A stretch of DNA of 64,000 bases from the human T2T-CHM13v2.0 reference genome, Homo sapiens, in NCBI RefSeq assembly GCF_009914755.1, contig NC_060926.1. One strand, written 5' to 3'. The first letter of the stretch is position 1, and each line of letters opens with the position of its first letter. Below the pieces are notes generated by a model. That model did not search any database. It had not been told where the DNA came from and saw nothing but the letters and a program-made list of their open reading frames with translations. The position numbers and the translations under genes are program-made. Of the stretch, positions 26,031-41,894 are shown one piece after another.

Positions 26031-27816
26031 TGATAGTGATGAATATCATTATTATTGCTTGATTGTCAAAGGAGCTATTAATCTAAATTATCAAGATAGG
26101 GGTCTTTAGTAAGCTTTCTCAAAAGATTTCAAAAAATGCCTAGGTAAGAAAAGCAAGCAATCAACAGGAAATTTTTCTGTTCTGTCTTAAAAATGCAAAA
26201 TAGAAGACTGCCTAATAACTAAGGTGAAAGCAAAGGGTCTCAGACTTTCATGAAGAAAGCATAATGATATAGCAGTAGAAGTAGAAGAAACAGGAGTCTT
26301 CTGAAAAAGAAAAACTCTCCATATCTCTCCTCCCTGATGAACTCCCCCACCACTTTCTCACTCCTCCTCAAGAAGGAGACCTAATCAGCTAAGGCTGATG
26401 AGTCTAATGAGGCCATCTGGTAACATGCAGAAATGAGGAATGCAGAAATGCATCCACTGTGCATTAGATCTCTCTTGTAACACAAGGAAGGGACATACCA
26501 AAAGCCTATTTTTTTAAAAAGCAAAACAAATCACTTGCACTCTCTTCATTTCCTTCCTGCAGCCAGTAAGAGTGTGGTAAAATTCTGCTTTAGGGTTTCA
26601 GGCATATGGAAACTTGGGCTATATGCTCTAGCCCAGTTTACCGGAGCTATTTTTGGACTTTGGGACAAAAAGCCCAGCTACCAGTAAAGTGCTTGTCTGT
26701 TCCTTGGGCTATCATTCCTTGCTTATATATCTCCCTACCAGTGGCTCTGGTCTAGGGTAGGATTGGGCATTCCTGGGTCCTTCCACCTAATCTTATCTAA
26801 AAGCATCCGTATCTCAACACAATCTCTAACATCATGTAATAAATGGGGAAAATAAGAACCATAAAGGGAAAGAAACCTGCCCAAGGTTACATGGTTAGTT
26901 AACAGTAGCACTGTGGTTTGAAGCCAAGTTTCCTGACTTCCAGTTTAGTATTCAAAAATGGGGTGTAGTAGCTCAAATAAAGTGGAAAAATGCAGAAAAT
27001 CCTCAACACTTTGAAAATGTTATTTTTAAAGTAGAAAGCATACAAACTGTTTTTGTATAGAACTGAGTTCTTACCATGCTTTATTCTTTCCTTCCAAAGT
27101 CCTTCTCAGAAAAGCCTCATTTTCTTAGCCAAATTCCCACTTAGGCAATTACATCCTGCTCACATAAACTGTCTTTATATCTCAATTGGACTTTGCCCAC
27201 TTCCATCTAATTTGTCTTGTTCCCCTAATTGGCTTTGCAGAATTGCTATGTGAGCTTCAAATTGCTGAGCTTCCTCTCTGCACTCCAGCGTATCCTTAGA
27301 GGGTCATTGAATAAATTACTTTTTTTTCCAGTGTTCTAAATAGTGCCCTAGTGCCCTGAAAGAGTTAATTCACCTCAGAGAGGTGAGCTGTTATTCACCC
27401 AAGAACCAGGATTGTTACTGACCCAAAGGGAGCTGTAATAATCTGGGCATATGGCCAATTAGCCACATGCTGGCTTAGCAGACATTCAGTAGTTGCCCAA
27501 CCATTGTTCATACCCCATTGGAAGTGACTCAGCCATGGGGAACATGTGACTGTTCAACTGAATCCCAGGTCTCCCCAAAAGGAGAAATTAGAAGTAGATC
27601 TGCCTAAGAATGCTATTAATACCTGACTTGTGGAGGTTGGTTTTTCTTCACACTTAGCTGTAGGAACTCCTAAGTATACAAGTTGGTTCTTCAATGACCC
27701 TGCCTAAACAAGATATTAGATTCCCAAAGGAGCATCTCAGGGATTTTGACTGAAGATATGTATTCCGTGTTTCAAATCCTCGTAGAAGACATAATTATAG
27801 GGTGTTACTCCATCTT

Positions 27817-28138
27817 CTAGAGCTGTCCAATAGAAATACAATGTAGGCCATATATATAGTTTTAGATTTTCTAGCAGCCACAGTAAGAAAAGTAACAATA
27901 AATAGGTAAAATTTATTTCAATCATATATCTGATTTAACCCAATATATCCAAAATGGTATCATTTCAGCATATAATAAATATTAGAATATTATTAGTGAG
28001 GTATTTTTCATTATTTGTACTAAGTCTTTTGAAGATGGTGTGTTTTACAGTTTGAGCATGTCTCATTTCAGTTAGAAGCCACATTTCATGTGGTCAATAA
28101 ACATACGTGGCTAGTGGCTTCCATGTTGGACAGCACAG
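27817..28138. mobile_element. MER33-like hAT-Charlie element
   Basis: Terminal inverted repeats gctgtccaatag / atgttggacagc. Confidence 0.8.
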
Positions 28139-30964
28139 CTTTAGAGGTCATCTAAATTGGTCTAGCCTCAGAGAAGACTATATCTTCCTCTCCTCCTTAC
28201 CTGTAATGGGTTTCGTTTGCTTCTTAGTTTTGCTTTTTCTGGGCAAATTCAGATTCCCTGAGCTTGCTCAATTCTTTCTAAGTTTGGTTCTGGATCTTCA
28301 GAATGGTCTGTAGATGACCAATTTTTCACAAAGATTTGCATTATGGGACTTTTGTAAGGTGTTTTCGCCCCAGCATCCCAATTCCTGAAATAGAATAGTG
28401 GAAAATGATAGAAACAGAGCTGTGGTATTTCCAAAAGTATGGAAAATGTAAGAGACAGAATCTTCTTTCCTTTTATTTCTTGATGGTAGAAAGGAAGAGA
28501 GAAATATTGAGAAAAAATAAATAAAGTTCAACAGTTCCATGAAACATTAAGAACCTACTAAGGATCAGGCCCTTAATGTGCAAAGATGAGCAAGCCATCA
28601 TAACAATTTAGAAGCTTGCAGTAAAGTGGAGAAGACATCCTCAAGAATGATTTCAATACCATATAGAAGTGATCAATGAGAGGAAATCATAGACTGTGTG
28701 TGGGCAAACTGCATGATATTTTTCCTAACTTGGGATACAAGGATACCTTCCTGGAGGAAAAGAAAATAATAAAGTAAAAGCTTGGATGCCGTACAAGAGA
28801 CCTAAAGTTTGTAAATCACACTATGAGCTCACTTACTTCCATAAGTGAGGGGAAACCATTGGGAGTTCCTAAGGGAGTCACCCATTTAGGTTTGTGTTTT
28901 AGATGGAACACTCTGACTGCTTTACGGAGGATGAATAACATGGAGTGGGAAGAAGGAAAAGGAAGTGGAGCACTAGAATAAAGGGGACAAAGTAGAGGCT
29001 GATACAGAAGTGCAGGTGAGAGACTGAGGACCGCCAAGGGTGAAGGGTTAACCTAAGGCAACGGTAGACATATATAAAGTAAAATTGTTAGTTTCAGTGG
29101 TAGACATATATAAAGTAAAATTGTTAGTTTCAGTGATTGGTTAGATCTAGGAGATTAGATTTGAAACAGTTAGATAGGGAATTCAGAGAGAAGTCAATTT
29201 AGATGTGAAGACAGTAAATTCTATTTTGACAGCCTGAATGTGTTGTTCCTGTGCAACACCCACAGGGACTTACATGTGTAGATAGTAAATAATATCTCTA
29301 ATTTACAGATCATTTAGTGAAGTCAAGGAACTTTACATTTGTCATCCCATTTAATGGCCAGAATGACCTTATACAGCAGAAATTATTATGAGCAATTGTA
29401 TAAATGTAGACATTCAGGCTAAGTGTCACAGTTAGTAAGTTGATTGAGTCACACAGTTAGGAGCCAGGATTCAAACTCCAAGCAATCTGAGCCCATAGGC
29501 TTCAATCTTCCTTAAAATGTTGTGCTGTGTCCTCTAGTTATAATACCACAGAGCAAAATTTAGGATTAGGGATGATATCGCCCAAGATGAGGGTAAAAAG
29601 AGATCCGTGAGTCGAACACTAAATCTTCTATCGCTCATAAGAAATCTAGAAGTCTGCTGCTTGTTATAAACATGTAAATATATGATGAATAGCTCAATCA
29701 TTTGCTTACAAATTTACCATGTTTAGTTTACAATTTGAAGAATAGATTCTTCATAAATTATAACTTTATCAATTAAACACATTTCTCTTTAATAATTTTT
29801 GGTTACAAAGTAAAACCTAAGGTATGATTGTGATAATTTAATTTTAATTATTATATCATTTTTAACACATGTTCTGTTAAATATTTACAGTATCTAGAAT
29901 CTCTATTTTTTGCCAAATTTTGAAAAATTTAGTCAAATTTTGAAAACAAAAAGAACTAATAATATGCAAATTTAAAAGGATAGCAAGACAATTTTCAGTC
30001 TTGATAACTTGTCTCCGTATAATTAATTGGTTACAGAGGACTATCACTGTAAGGAAAGAAATCTCATCTACCTCCTGTCATTCTTGACTTTTTAGTAGTA
30101 AAAGAAATAAATAATTATTTAAAAATATTTAATGTACCTTTCCCACGGAATTATTGTCTACATCTTTTTATATTCATTTTCTGACTGTCACTAGAATAGC
30201 TTTTTGCTTGCTGCTCTAGTTGAACTTGAGTTCTACTCTAAAACTCAATTTACTTTATAGAGGTGCAAGGTCCCTTCTCTCTCTTCATGACTTCCATTTC
30301 TATTTTCTGTACCATAGTCTGTTTAGATTCTGTTGGATGGCCGCTATTTTTTGTTTGTTTGTTTGTTTTAACTTTTATTTTAGGTTCAGGGGTATATGTG
30401 CAGATTTATTATATAGCTAGACTCATGTTGCAGGGGTTTGTTGTACAGATTATTTCATCACACAGGTACTAAGCCTAGGACCCAATAGTTATTTGTTCTG
30501 CTACTGTCCCTGCTCCCACCCTCCACCTTCAAGTAGGCCCCAGTGTCTGTTGTTCCCTTCTTTGTGTTCATGAGTTCTCATCATTTAGCTCTCACTTATA
30601 AGTGATAACACATGATATCTAGTTTTCTGTTCCTACCTTAGTTTGCTAAAGATAATGGCCTCCAGCTCCATTCATGTTCCTGCAAAAGACATGATCTCAT
30701 TCTTTTTTATGGCGGCTTAGTATTCCATTGTGTAAATGTACTACATTTTCTTTACCCAATCTGTCATTAATGGGCATTTAGGTTGATTCCATGTTTTTTT
30801 CTATTGTAAATAGTGCTTCAATGAACATATGCTTGCATGTGTCTTTATGATAGAGTGATTTATATTCCTTCGGGTATATACCCAGTAATGGGATTGCTGG
30901 GTTGAATGGTATTTCTGTTTTTAAGTCTTTGAGGAATCACCACACTGCTTTCCACAATGGTTGA

Positions 30965-31357
<393 letters not shown>

Positions 31358-32953
31358 TAGTTTTTACTTTTTAATAATAGCCATCCTGAATGGTGTGAGA
31401 TGGTCACTGTGATTTTGATTTGCATTTCTCTCAATATATCTCAATATCATCAGTGTTATTGAGCTATTTCTCATATACTTGTTGGCCACATGTATTGTTT
31501 TTTTTTTATTTTTGAAATGTGTCCGTTCATGTCCTTTGCCCACTTTTTAATGGGGTTGTTTTTTTTCTTGTAAATTTAAGTTTCTGATAGATTGTGGATA
31601 TTAAACCTTTTCAGATGCATTGTTTGCAAATATTTTCTCCCATTCTGTAGGTTGTCTGTTTACTCTGTTAATGTTTTCTTTTTTCTGTGCAGAAGCTCTT
31701 AGGTTTACTTATATCCCATTTGTCAAGTTTTGCTTTTGTTCCAGTTGCTTTTGGCAACTTTGTCAAAAAATCTTTGTGCATCCTATGTCCAAAATGGTAT
31801 TGCCTAGGTTGTCTTCCAGGGTTTTTATAGTTTTTGGTTTTACATTTAAATCTTTAATCCGTCTTGAGTTGATTTTTGTATATGGTGTAAGAAGGGGATC
31901 AGTTTCAATCCTCTGCATGTGGCTAGCCAGTTATCTCAGCAACATTTTTTTTTTTGTCAGCTTTGTTGAAGATCAGATGGTTGTAGGAGTATGCCCTTAT
32001 TTCTGGGCTCTCTAATCTACTCCATGATCTATGTGTTTGTTTTTGTACCAGTACCATGCTGTTTTGGTTACTGTAGCTCTGTAGTATATTTTGAAGCCAG
32101 GTAAAGTGATGCCTCCACCTTTGTTGTTTTTGCTTAGGATTGCCTTGGCTATTAGGGCTCTTTTTTGTTTCTATGTGCATCTTAAAATAGTTTTTTTCTA
32201 GTTCTCTGAAGAACGTTATTGGTAGTTTGATAGGAATAGCATTGAATCTGTAAATTACTTTTGGCAGTATGGTTATTTTAATGATATTGATTCTTCCTAT
32301 CCATGAGCATGGAATGTTTTTCCATTTGTTTGTGTCATCTCTGATTTCATTAAGCAGTGGTTTGTAGTTCTCATTGTAGAGAACTTTTACATCCCTGGTT
32401 AGCTGTATTCCTAGGTATTTTATGTTTTTTTGTGGCAATTGTGAATGGGACTGCATTCCTGATTTGGCTCTCGGCTTGGGTGTTGTTGGTGAATAGGAAT
32501 GCTAGTAACTTTTGTACATTGATTCTGTATCCTGAAACATTGCTGAAGTTGTTTATCAGTTGAAGGAACTTTTGGGCCAAGACTATGGGGTTGTCTATAT
32601 ATAGAATCATGTTGTCTGCAAATAGTGATAGTTTGACTTTCTCTCTTCCTATGTGGATGCACTTTATTTCTTTTTCTTGCCTGATTGCCCTTTCCAGGAC
32701 TTCCAATACTATCTTGAATAGGAGTGGTGAGAGAGGGTATCATTGTCATGTGCCAGTTTTCAAGAGGAATGCTTCTAGCTTTTCCCCATTCAGTATAATA
32801 TTGGCTGTGGCTATGCACACAAGCTAGGAGAACTACAAGAGATGGCTAAAGTCTTGGACACATATACCCTCCCAAGACTGAACCAGGAAGAAATTGATTC
32901 CATGAATAGACCAATAATGAGCTCCAAAAGTGAATCAATAATACATAGCCTAC

Positions 32954-33282
32954 TGATATGGTTTGGCTGTGTCCCCACACAAATCTCATTTTGAATTCCC
33001 ACGTGTTGTGGGATGGGCCCAGTGGGAGGTATTTGAATCATGGGGGCAGGTCTTTCCCATGCGGTACTCGCGATAGTAAGTCTCACGAGATCTGATGGTT
33101 ATTATAAGGGGGAGTTTTTCTGCACAAGCCCTCTTCTCTTGTCTGCGCCATGTGAGATGAGCCTTTCATCTTCTGCCATCATTATAAGGCTTCCCCAGCC
33201 ATGTAGAACTGTAAGTCCAATTAAACCTCTTTCCTCAGTCTCGGGTATGTCTTTATCAGCAGTATGAAAACAAACTAATATA
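32954..33282 (+). mobile_element. THE1A/B solo LTR
   Basis: Starts TGATATGGTTTGGCTGTGTCCCCAC; 5-bp TSD CCTAC at 32949-32953 and 33283-33287. Confidence 0.93.
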
Positions 33283-34909
33283 CCTACTAACCAAAAAAAT
33301 CCCATGACCAGCTGGATTCACAGCTGAATCCTACCAAACATACAAAGAAGAGCTGGTACCATTTCTACTAATACTATTCCAAAAAAATGAGGAAGAGGGA
33401 CTCCCCAACTCATTCTATGAGGCCAGCACCATGCTGATACCAAATTTTGGCAGAGACACAACAATAAATGAAAACTTCAGGCCAATATACTTGATGAACA
33501 TTGATGCAAAAATCCCCAACAAAATACTGGCAAACAATCTAGCAGCCCGTCAAAATTGAATCTACCACCATCAAGTAGGCTTCATCGCCAGGATGCAGGG
33601 TTGGTTCAAAATATGCAAATCAGTAAGTGTGATTCATCACACAAATATAACTAAATACAAAAACCACATGATTATCTCAATAGCTTCAGAAAGGCTTTTG
33701 ACAAAATTCAACATCCCTTTATGTTAAAAGCTCTCAGTAAACTAGGAATTGAAGAAACATACTTCAAAATAATAAGAGCTATTTATGACAAACCCAGGGT
33801 CGCTGTTTAGATACAAAGCAAGGCACTACTTAACACCCAACATCACCACCTACCTGTTTAAGCACTGATTATTGCCCCTATGCATTACTGCTACCCTCAC
33901 CCACCCTAGATGGCCTGGCTGAAGCTCATTTGACAGGACCTTTCTATGTTGTAATTGGATGAGTCTCAGGATCCAGCTCTTACAACCTGAATCAGCCTCT
34001 GAGAAACGTTCACCCATATTTTTAGCTTCCCTCTTTGGGCACCAGCGTGCCACAGAATTCCCAACACAGTTCTTAACAGAAGATGTTGATACTTTTGTTA
34101 TGAACTGCTTTTAGTACTCAGGGAATATAATCACAGAGCAGGGTGTCATTCTATAAAATCTTCCTATTTGCAAGCTTTTTAGGAATTATTTAGAAGAAGT
34201 AAATTCCAAAGTGACAAGATAAATAAACCTATTTTGTTTACTATTAAGCAAAATTTTATTTCCTTTTTCTTTTTTTAAAAAAAGAAATGTCCTTTATAAT
34301 TCACAGCTAGAATCTCTCCAAAAATTCAACTAAGTTATAGTTAAGTTGTTCTGAGATTTAACTACATATAGGGTGATAGGTTGATAAGCTAGGCTTATTA
34401 ACACAGTTGTCAAGGCACTCTCTGGCTCTTTCTCTTGTCCTCTCAGTTGTATCAATTAGCCCTCTCAATAACTCATACCTAGTCTTAAGTAGATTTAGAG
34501 CCTTTCTATTCATGAGGCCATTCAGGTAGCTGCCCAAGTGACATTTTCTGAAAGAGCCCAGAAAACTGATCTAACTGGAATCATCTCCAGCCAGCCCTCC
34601 AATGTATCTGTAATCACCATTAAGTAGTATTGGGAACAAAAACCTATGACTTATTTAGCTAATAGGGTTGTAATTCATGTGCATGAATAACCACATTTGT
34701 TAACCTCTTATTGTCACCATGACAACAGTAGCGTGTTTCATTTATTTTTAGAGTAAACAAATATTTATTGAGTGATTATTGCCCCATGCTCTAGGCTCTG
34801 CACAGGCACTGAGTATACATAAAAGAACATCACAGCATAGATAAAGTCTTTGCCTTCAACGAGTCTAAATTTTAACTTATCCTAATGAGGGGGGTGAAGT
34901 ATGAGACAA

Positions 34910-35305
34910 TGCATTATTCAGGCTATAACTCAGCTATGCTAAAGGAAAATATGTCCCCCAAATTTATTGGCTTCTGAAAACAATGGTTTATCTCTCACTT
35001 TCATTCCATGTCCTTTGCAGGTGAGCTGGGTCTCTTCTATGTATCTCTTCACAGGCTAGGAATCCAGGCTAGTAGGGTAGCCACTATCTCAAATATTGTT
35101 GGACACTAGAGCCTAGAACAAAAGTACCCTAAAGAATCTTGCACTAGTAATTCAACACCTTGGCCTAGAAGAGATAATCCTTACTTATACTCCCAACTCA
35201 GTGACCAGAATCAGTCATGTGAACTTATTCAACCACAAGGAGACAGATGTACCTGGGAGGCAGAGAAGTAGAATGTCTGAACATTTTTAATGACTACCAG
35301 AGCCA
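34910..35305 (-). mobile_element. old MLT1-type MaLR LTR
   Basis: Degenerate MLT1 motifs (gaccagaatcagtcatgtgaac...caaccacaagg). Confidence 0.5.
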
Positions 35306-35592
35306 TGCAAGTTCTGAGGGTGAGGAGGAAATAAGTGGAGACCTCTATTGTGTTGCAATCCCCAAACCCTGCAGAATAGCACCCTTGGAGATCTGGGCAT
35401 CCACGATAAAGCTTGCAAGTGTAAGGTTCCAGAAAAGGGGATAAAGGAACAGAAGCAGGGGGAATTATATTTATTGATTATCTACCTTGTCTCAGTCACT
35501 TTAATTTTGTTGTATTGTTCAAATATTTAAATTTAAGGGACTGAGGAGGAAAACAAAATGTTTAAGAGGAAACAAGGGAGCTAGGTGTATTC

Positions 35593-35955
35593 TCATATGG
35601 TTTGGCTGCGTCCCCACCTAAATCTCATCTTTAATTGTAGCTCCCATAATTCCCACGTGTTGTGGGAGGGACCTGGTGGGAGATAATTGAATAATGGGGG
35701 TGGTTTCCCCCATACTGTCCTCCTGGTAGTGAATAAGCCTCATGAGACCTGATGGTTTTATAAGGGGAAACCCCTTTCACTTGGCTCTCATTCTCTGTTT
35801 GCCTGCTGCTGTATAAGACATGCCTTTTGCCTTCTGCCATGATTGTGAGGCTTCACCAGCCATGTGGAACTGTGAGTTCATGAAACCTCTTTTTCTTTAT
35901 AAATTACTTAGTCTTGGGTATGTCTTCACCAGCAGCATGAAAACAGACTAATATA
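35593..35955 (+). mobile_element. THE1C/D solo LTR
   Basis: atatggtttggctgcgtccccacctaaatctcatc ... cagactaatata; degenerate TSD TATTC/TTTTC. Confidence 0.92.
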
Positions 35956-36147
35956 TTTTCCAAATGTAAACCAGGCTCCCTGAGCAATCTGATTTAGCAA
36001 TATGGTACCAGAGATAACGTGGCACATACAAACTGATAGCTATGTTTTCTAACTAGGTAAATGCATTCTCCAAGATTTACCTTGAGTCTCCTACCAGAGA
36101 CATAAGGAGAAGATATAAAGTGTGACTCATAGAAATACCTAGGAGAA

Positions 36148-36303
36148 CCAGACGTCGTGGCTTCCTAAAATTCCAGCCACTCAGGAGGCTGAGGTGGGAG
36201 TATCACTCAAACCCAGGAGTTCAAGGCTGCAATGAGCTATTATCACGCTACTATTATAACACTATAACCTAAGTGACAGAATGAGACTCTCTTGAAAAAA
36301 AAT
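36148..36303 (+). mobile_element. Alu monomer (FRAM/FAM-like)
   Basis: ggaggctgaggtgggag...cccaggagttcaaggctgcaatgagcta followed by an A tail. Confidence 0.8.
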
Positions 36304-38297
36304 AACTGAGAACAAAGCTCACTTTGCTTTCACGCCCACAGCTTTCATTCAGAAACATGTCAGGATTTTGTGTGTGCTCTGCCTCCAACCTTCCTACAAA
36401 TGTTAATATTCTTCCCACTTCTCTTATATTCAAAGTGTTGAGAGCCAAGGCATGCAGCTTGGAATGAGGCCAGCAAGACCTCTTGGTTTTCTTTCACTTT
36501 TTCTCTTTCTCTCTTCACTCACTTTTCTTCTGCTTGGATTCCTAAATTGCTTCTTCTTTCCATGTCTTTCTGATATCTCCTTGTCACCAACCCATTCTGT
36601 TAATTACTCTTCTTCTGGTAATGAAAGAATAAAGCACTTTGTGGGTTTCAATTTAAAGTAATATATTTCTTCATTTGGTTCTTTTTTCTTAAACTTTTTT
36701 TCTTTTTACTTGTTTGGCCTCGATGTATTAGAATTAAAGAATGTAGTAAAAATTTAAAAGATATGGATGATGCCATCAAGTAAACACATTTTGGAGCAAA
36801 GAATTAGCTAGACTAAAAAGTTCAAAGCATTTGGAAACTATTCCCTAAGTTTAGACATCAATTTCGGCCCAGTTTTTCAGAGTTGAACATCAAAAACCAA
36901 ATTTATAAGTTGGGCAATTTTTACATATGCCCATGAGTATCATATTTAAAATATATAGGGCTATATCTTAGGATCCCTGAAAAGAAATGAAACTTTTGGA
37001 AGAAAAAACAGGATTGGTTAGAATGCTGCAAAATTACATGCATAGGGAAATTTGGGGGACAATATGCAATTATAGTTAATGTTTGATTATCAGATAGAAT
37101 TTTGGAGGGTGAGTGGAAATAAGGTAAGCTACAGATAACTCAATACCATGCACAGTTCAGATCAAATCACAGTTGACTGTTCATTAGCTTTCAGTAGATT
37201 AGCCACTTTGCAGATTAGTCAAATATCTGGGGTGATCTTACCTCCCAGGAAGGCTGAGTCATTAGGTAATTAGAAGATTGGAGTTGAAGGACAGCTCTTC
37301 AAGGTGCAGAAGCTGAGAACCCAAACTCTGGGTAAGACTGCTGATGGAGTGAATGATGTATGCCAGATTCCATGTGTCCAGACCTGGAACCGAGTCGTCC
37401 AGACCTGGAACCCAGTCCTCCAACCACTGGGTTGCTGATAATCAGGGCAAATAATCACGGCTTGATTGCATGCCCTTGTAGGGGAAGATACCCGATTCCA
37501 AATCCCTGCTGTACCTTAACTACCTCCATCTGAAAACAGGTTAATCCACCTTCAGATGATCAGGAATTAATTGCATGCATCCCTGTAAGTGCATTTTAAT
37601 ACATAATCAGAAAACAAAGAAGCAGTTTTTTATATTGAAGCCCTAGAAATTGTTTAGAATATAACAGAAATATGTCTTAGCCTCATTTTTTAATCCAAAT
37701 GTAAAAATACAAATAGTATTGAAGAGCATCTCTACCCATTGTTCAATATACACCCAAAGTTGGGACCATTTAAGTCTTCTAAAGCTGTTTGATTTTTAAA
37801 TGAACATGAATTTACTTTTCAATGGATATCTATCATTGTCATTAATTGACTCAAATAATAACATTGAGCACATATTATACATCAAACCAAAAAGCAACCA
37901 CCATTAAAAATATATAATGAGTTATGGCTTTGTAATAGAAACTTATATTCTTAATACCAAACATTTAGGACTTTGTAGCCAAAGACTGACAAATGCAAAA
38001 CAAAAGCATGTACTGGGCATGTAGGACTTAGAATAAAAACACTACAAGATCATGAGTCAAAGGTTTATTTCCTAAAACAAAGAATATGTTGTAAAATCAG
38101 ATTGTACAATAAAGGGCAATTTGACCATTGTATCAAAATTTCAGCTTTATCGAGAGAGAGCATTTCTATTTGTGATAAAACTGAACAAGTTAGAAGAATT
38201 GGGCAATGCTTTTCAGTTTTCTTTACAGCCTGCCTGAACCTTCTCTCCTTCTCTTATCTGACTAAAGATATCCCCCTTGGGATGTCTTAATCTAGAA

Positions 38298-38480
38298 CAT
38301 GAGTTGGCAAACTAGGGCGTAAGGACCATAACCATGCCTCAAACTAAGAATGGCTTTTGCATTTTTGAAAGATTACAACAAAAAAACAGAAGAAAGATTA
38401 CCAAAAAACACCAGACTATACATGGCCCACAAAGTCTAAAATACTAGCTGCCCACTGTAGGAAAAAAATCCCTGAACCCA
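38298..38480 (+). mobile_element. MER58-family MITE
   Basis: gttggcaaacta...ctaagaatgg...tggcccacaaagtctaaaata. Confidence 0.55.
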
Positions 38481-40658
38481 GTGTAGAATATTCTTAGACT
38501 CCTCCCTCTTATTTTCTCATCAAATCCAAATTACTGTCTGCCTCTTAATACCTCTGCCACAAGTCCCTTCTTCTTCATCCTTCTTGCTAACTGTTGGTTA
38601 TTACTACATTGCCTCCTGCTTAATGTTGTTGTCTGCCTCCAGTCCCAACCGTCTCCATTATAGACAACTACTATTATGTCACTAGAGTAATTTCCTAAAG
38701 AGCAAGTTGCCATGTCTTCAGTAAATCTTTTCTTGACATCCCAAGACCACCACCACCTACATTCTTGCTTCTCCCAGTCCCTGCCCTTGTGCTGATGTCT
38801 GCTGCAACACTCTTCACATGAAGGATTTATTTGTATGTTAGCTTTCCCACGAACCTGAGAGCTCCCTTGAGTGTAGATACAGCCACAGCACCTGCCACAC
38901 AGAAAATGTGTGAATGACTTTAATTCTGTGTTCTCTGGATATAGATTTTAACAGGGTAGAAAACACCCCCAGGATTCTGGAAATCTTTGGAATAAGGAGG
39001 TAGGTATGTGCTAGCAAAAAGATGTTTAGAAAAGTTCACGAGGAGAATTGAAAACCAACTAGAACTGAAAACCACCTTCTCATCTGCTTTTCATGCTAAT
39101 GCCTCTCTCCATGAATGCATTTAAATACATAAATTTTCAACTTAAATTGTGTGCAAGACTAAGCTGTGTACTTTATATATTTCACCAGTTATTTTCATTT
39201 TATAAAGTTGGCATATGTGTGAATATAGAATTGAAAATTGACAGAATGGGTGCATTTTTCGCGTGTAGAACAAGAATTAAAGAAAAGCAGGAGGACAGAA
39301 GGAAGACAGAAAAATTTACCACTAGCTAGCTGCTTCCCCACTTTTAATTTCTTTCCCCAAGCTCCAGAAACAAAGCAATCTCCTTGCCTCTCAGCATCTT
39401 TTTTTATTAAGCAGGGTAAATTGTGCTATGGCACAATTTTAAAAATCACTCTGAAGTCTTGAAGTCTTAACAGAACTGAAGCTTATTTTTTCTTCTCCAG
39501 TGAAATGTGTTCATTTTTTGTCAGCTTTAGGCTGGTTCATTTGGACACTCAGGATCCTAGGGTTATGGTGGCTCCACCAACCAGGCTTGTACTCCCTGAG
39601 ATATGTGGTCTTCTTTCAAGAGAAGAAAGTACATAAAGGCTTCATACTTTATTACTCTGTACTGTATTCCATTGCTCAGAACTAGTCACATGGCCCTGCT
39701 TAACTGCAAGTACAGTCTCTCATGTACTAGAAATGAAAGGAGAACCAGATATTAGTCAACAGATATTATGGATTTCATATCCATTTGTTCAATAAGATAA
39801 ACTGTTATGTTGGATTCAGTCTCATCTTCCTTACACCTTCAGTTTACGTTGAGATTTTTTTTCTAAGTAGTCCATTAACTAGTCAAGAAAATAGCAGACA
39901 TTTATTCCTGCGACAGGTGCCTTCTCTGATCATCTGAGCAATAGCCTCTGTTGGTTACCCAATTCTTCTGATTTTGCTGGAATAAAGGGAATTAGAACAA
40001 TAGCCCAAAAATTAGAAATTAAAGGAGTAGCCTAGAGCTGTGAATATTTTTGTGTATGTGGAAAGGGCTGAGGTGGATAGCGTGGAAATGGGCTATTGGG
40101 AACTGGGCAGCCATGAGCTACCTCTTTATCCTTCCTTATTAGTGTGAAGGCAAAATAGGAGACCACCTCCTCACTCCCCAAAGCTTTCATAATATCCCTC
40201 TTGGGATCTCCTTTTTCTTTTCTTGACTACGTTGGATGTTCATTTAGCATGCTTCTACCTATGTACAAATGTTAAGAAGGAGAAGGCCATATGGATTCAA
40301 TTATCACAGGCTCCCCCATCTCATAGAAATAAACTGGAAAGACTTAACTTTAAAAACCTTTTTGTCGTTGGCTCTCTGTGCCTTACCCAGATATCTGGAT
40401 ATCTAAAAGTGAAATGAATATGTGTTGAGTAGGAGGAGATTACCATGGTTTAGATAAGTCTATGTTAAAAGTGTATAGAAACATAATTTGTTAACCAAAT
40501 GAGCTCTTCATTATAAAGTTAATGCAGTAGTTGCCTGGGGCCAGATTTCTGGCCAATTACATCTCCTGGAAAGAAAAAAAAAATTGAAACTTTATACCAG
40601 CTCTACAAAGGGAAAAGTAAAAAAACAAGTGAGCAGAGACTATTAGCAACATGATCTA

Positions 40659-41024
<366 letters not shown>

Positions 41025-41894
41025 GTACAATGAACTCCTAGGACTCCCTAATGCCAGTTGCCAAGCTAGCCTGTAGATGGAGTGAATACATTTCTCCTTG
41101 CCTGACATGTTCAAATTATGGATATTTTCTCTTTTTTCTCTCCCATGTGTCTGTAGATGGAACTGGGATAATCTCCTAATTGTGAAAGCCTTTTTCTTCA
41201 GATAACACTGTCTTCTGCCACCTCTTGGAAGGTCTACACAGGAGATCCTAGGCTGCTTCATGTGTGTTATGTTTGGCCCTCACTGTGTCAGCTTACATAG
41301 AATGTTTTTACATTTTGAATTAGCTGTTACTATTTAAAATTCAAGAGATTTAATATAAAATTCAAGATGCCTGATAACTCTGGTAATCTGGGACTGAATT
41401 CCCACATGGTGACTTTTGGCTGAAGCTAAATAACCCCTGCTGCCTTTAAAGGAGGCAAGAGCTCTCCAATACTCTAGTATCTCCACTCCCTGTTGCCTTG
41501 TTAACACTGAGACTGGGCATTTAATTTCAGATTTGCCTTGATGTTTTCCTTGGACTTAAGAAGCAAGGGGCATATTTCCAACTCCCAGCCTGTTTTACGT
41601 ATTCATTTTTCCTGCTGTGCCCCCTTTAAAGATTGGAATTTGTAACCTCTAACTAGCAGAACTGAGTTTTAGCCAAAGCATCAAAGTTAGAAAGGGACTT
41701 TCTTGGACTTATTTTTTGTGTCCTAGTAAGCTAAGATTCAGGTACCATCTTAGAGGTGAGAAATCTAGGAGTCTGCTTAGCCTGCTTCAGCCTCGGCAGA
41801 AGGAATCTGAAAATGCCCAGTGTGTCAAGTCAGGGATGGGTATGGACTGAAGACCCAGCTAGTGTGCATTTAACAAAGAAATTGAACATGGGTT

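Noticed and set aside
29063-29135. 36-bp perfect tandem duplication (also a ~20-bp duplication near 37376-37412)
   Set aside because: Ordinary slippage duplications with no functional cue.
31923-32818. ORFs resembling reverse transcriptase
   Set aside because: Frameshifted, decayed L1 ORF2 fragments, not an intact or novel RT system.
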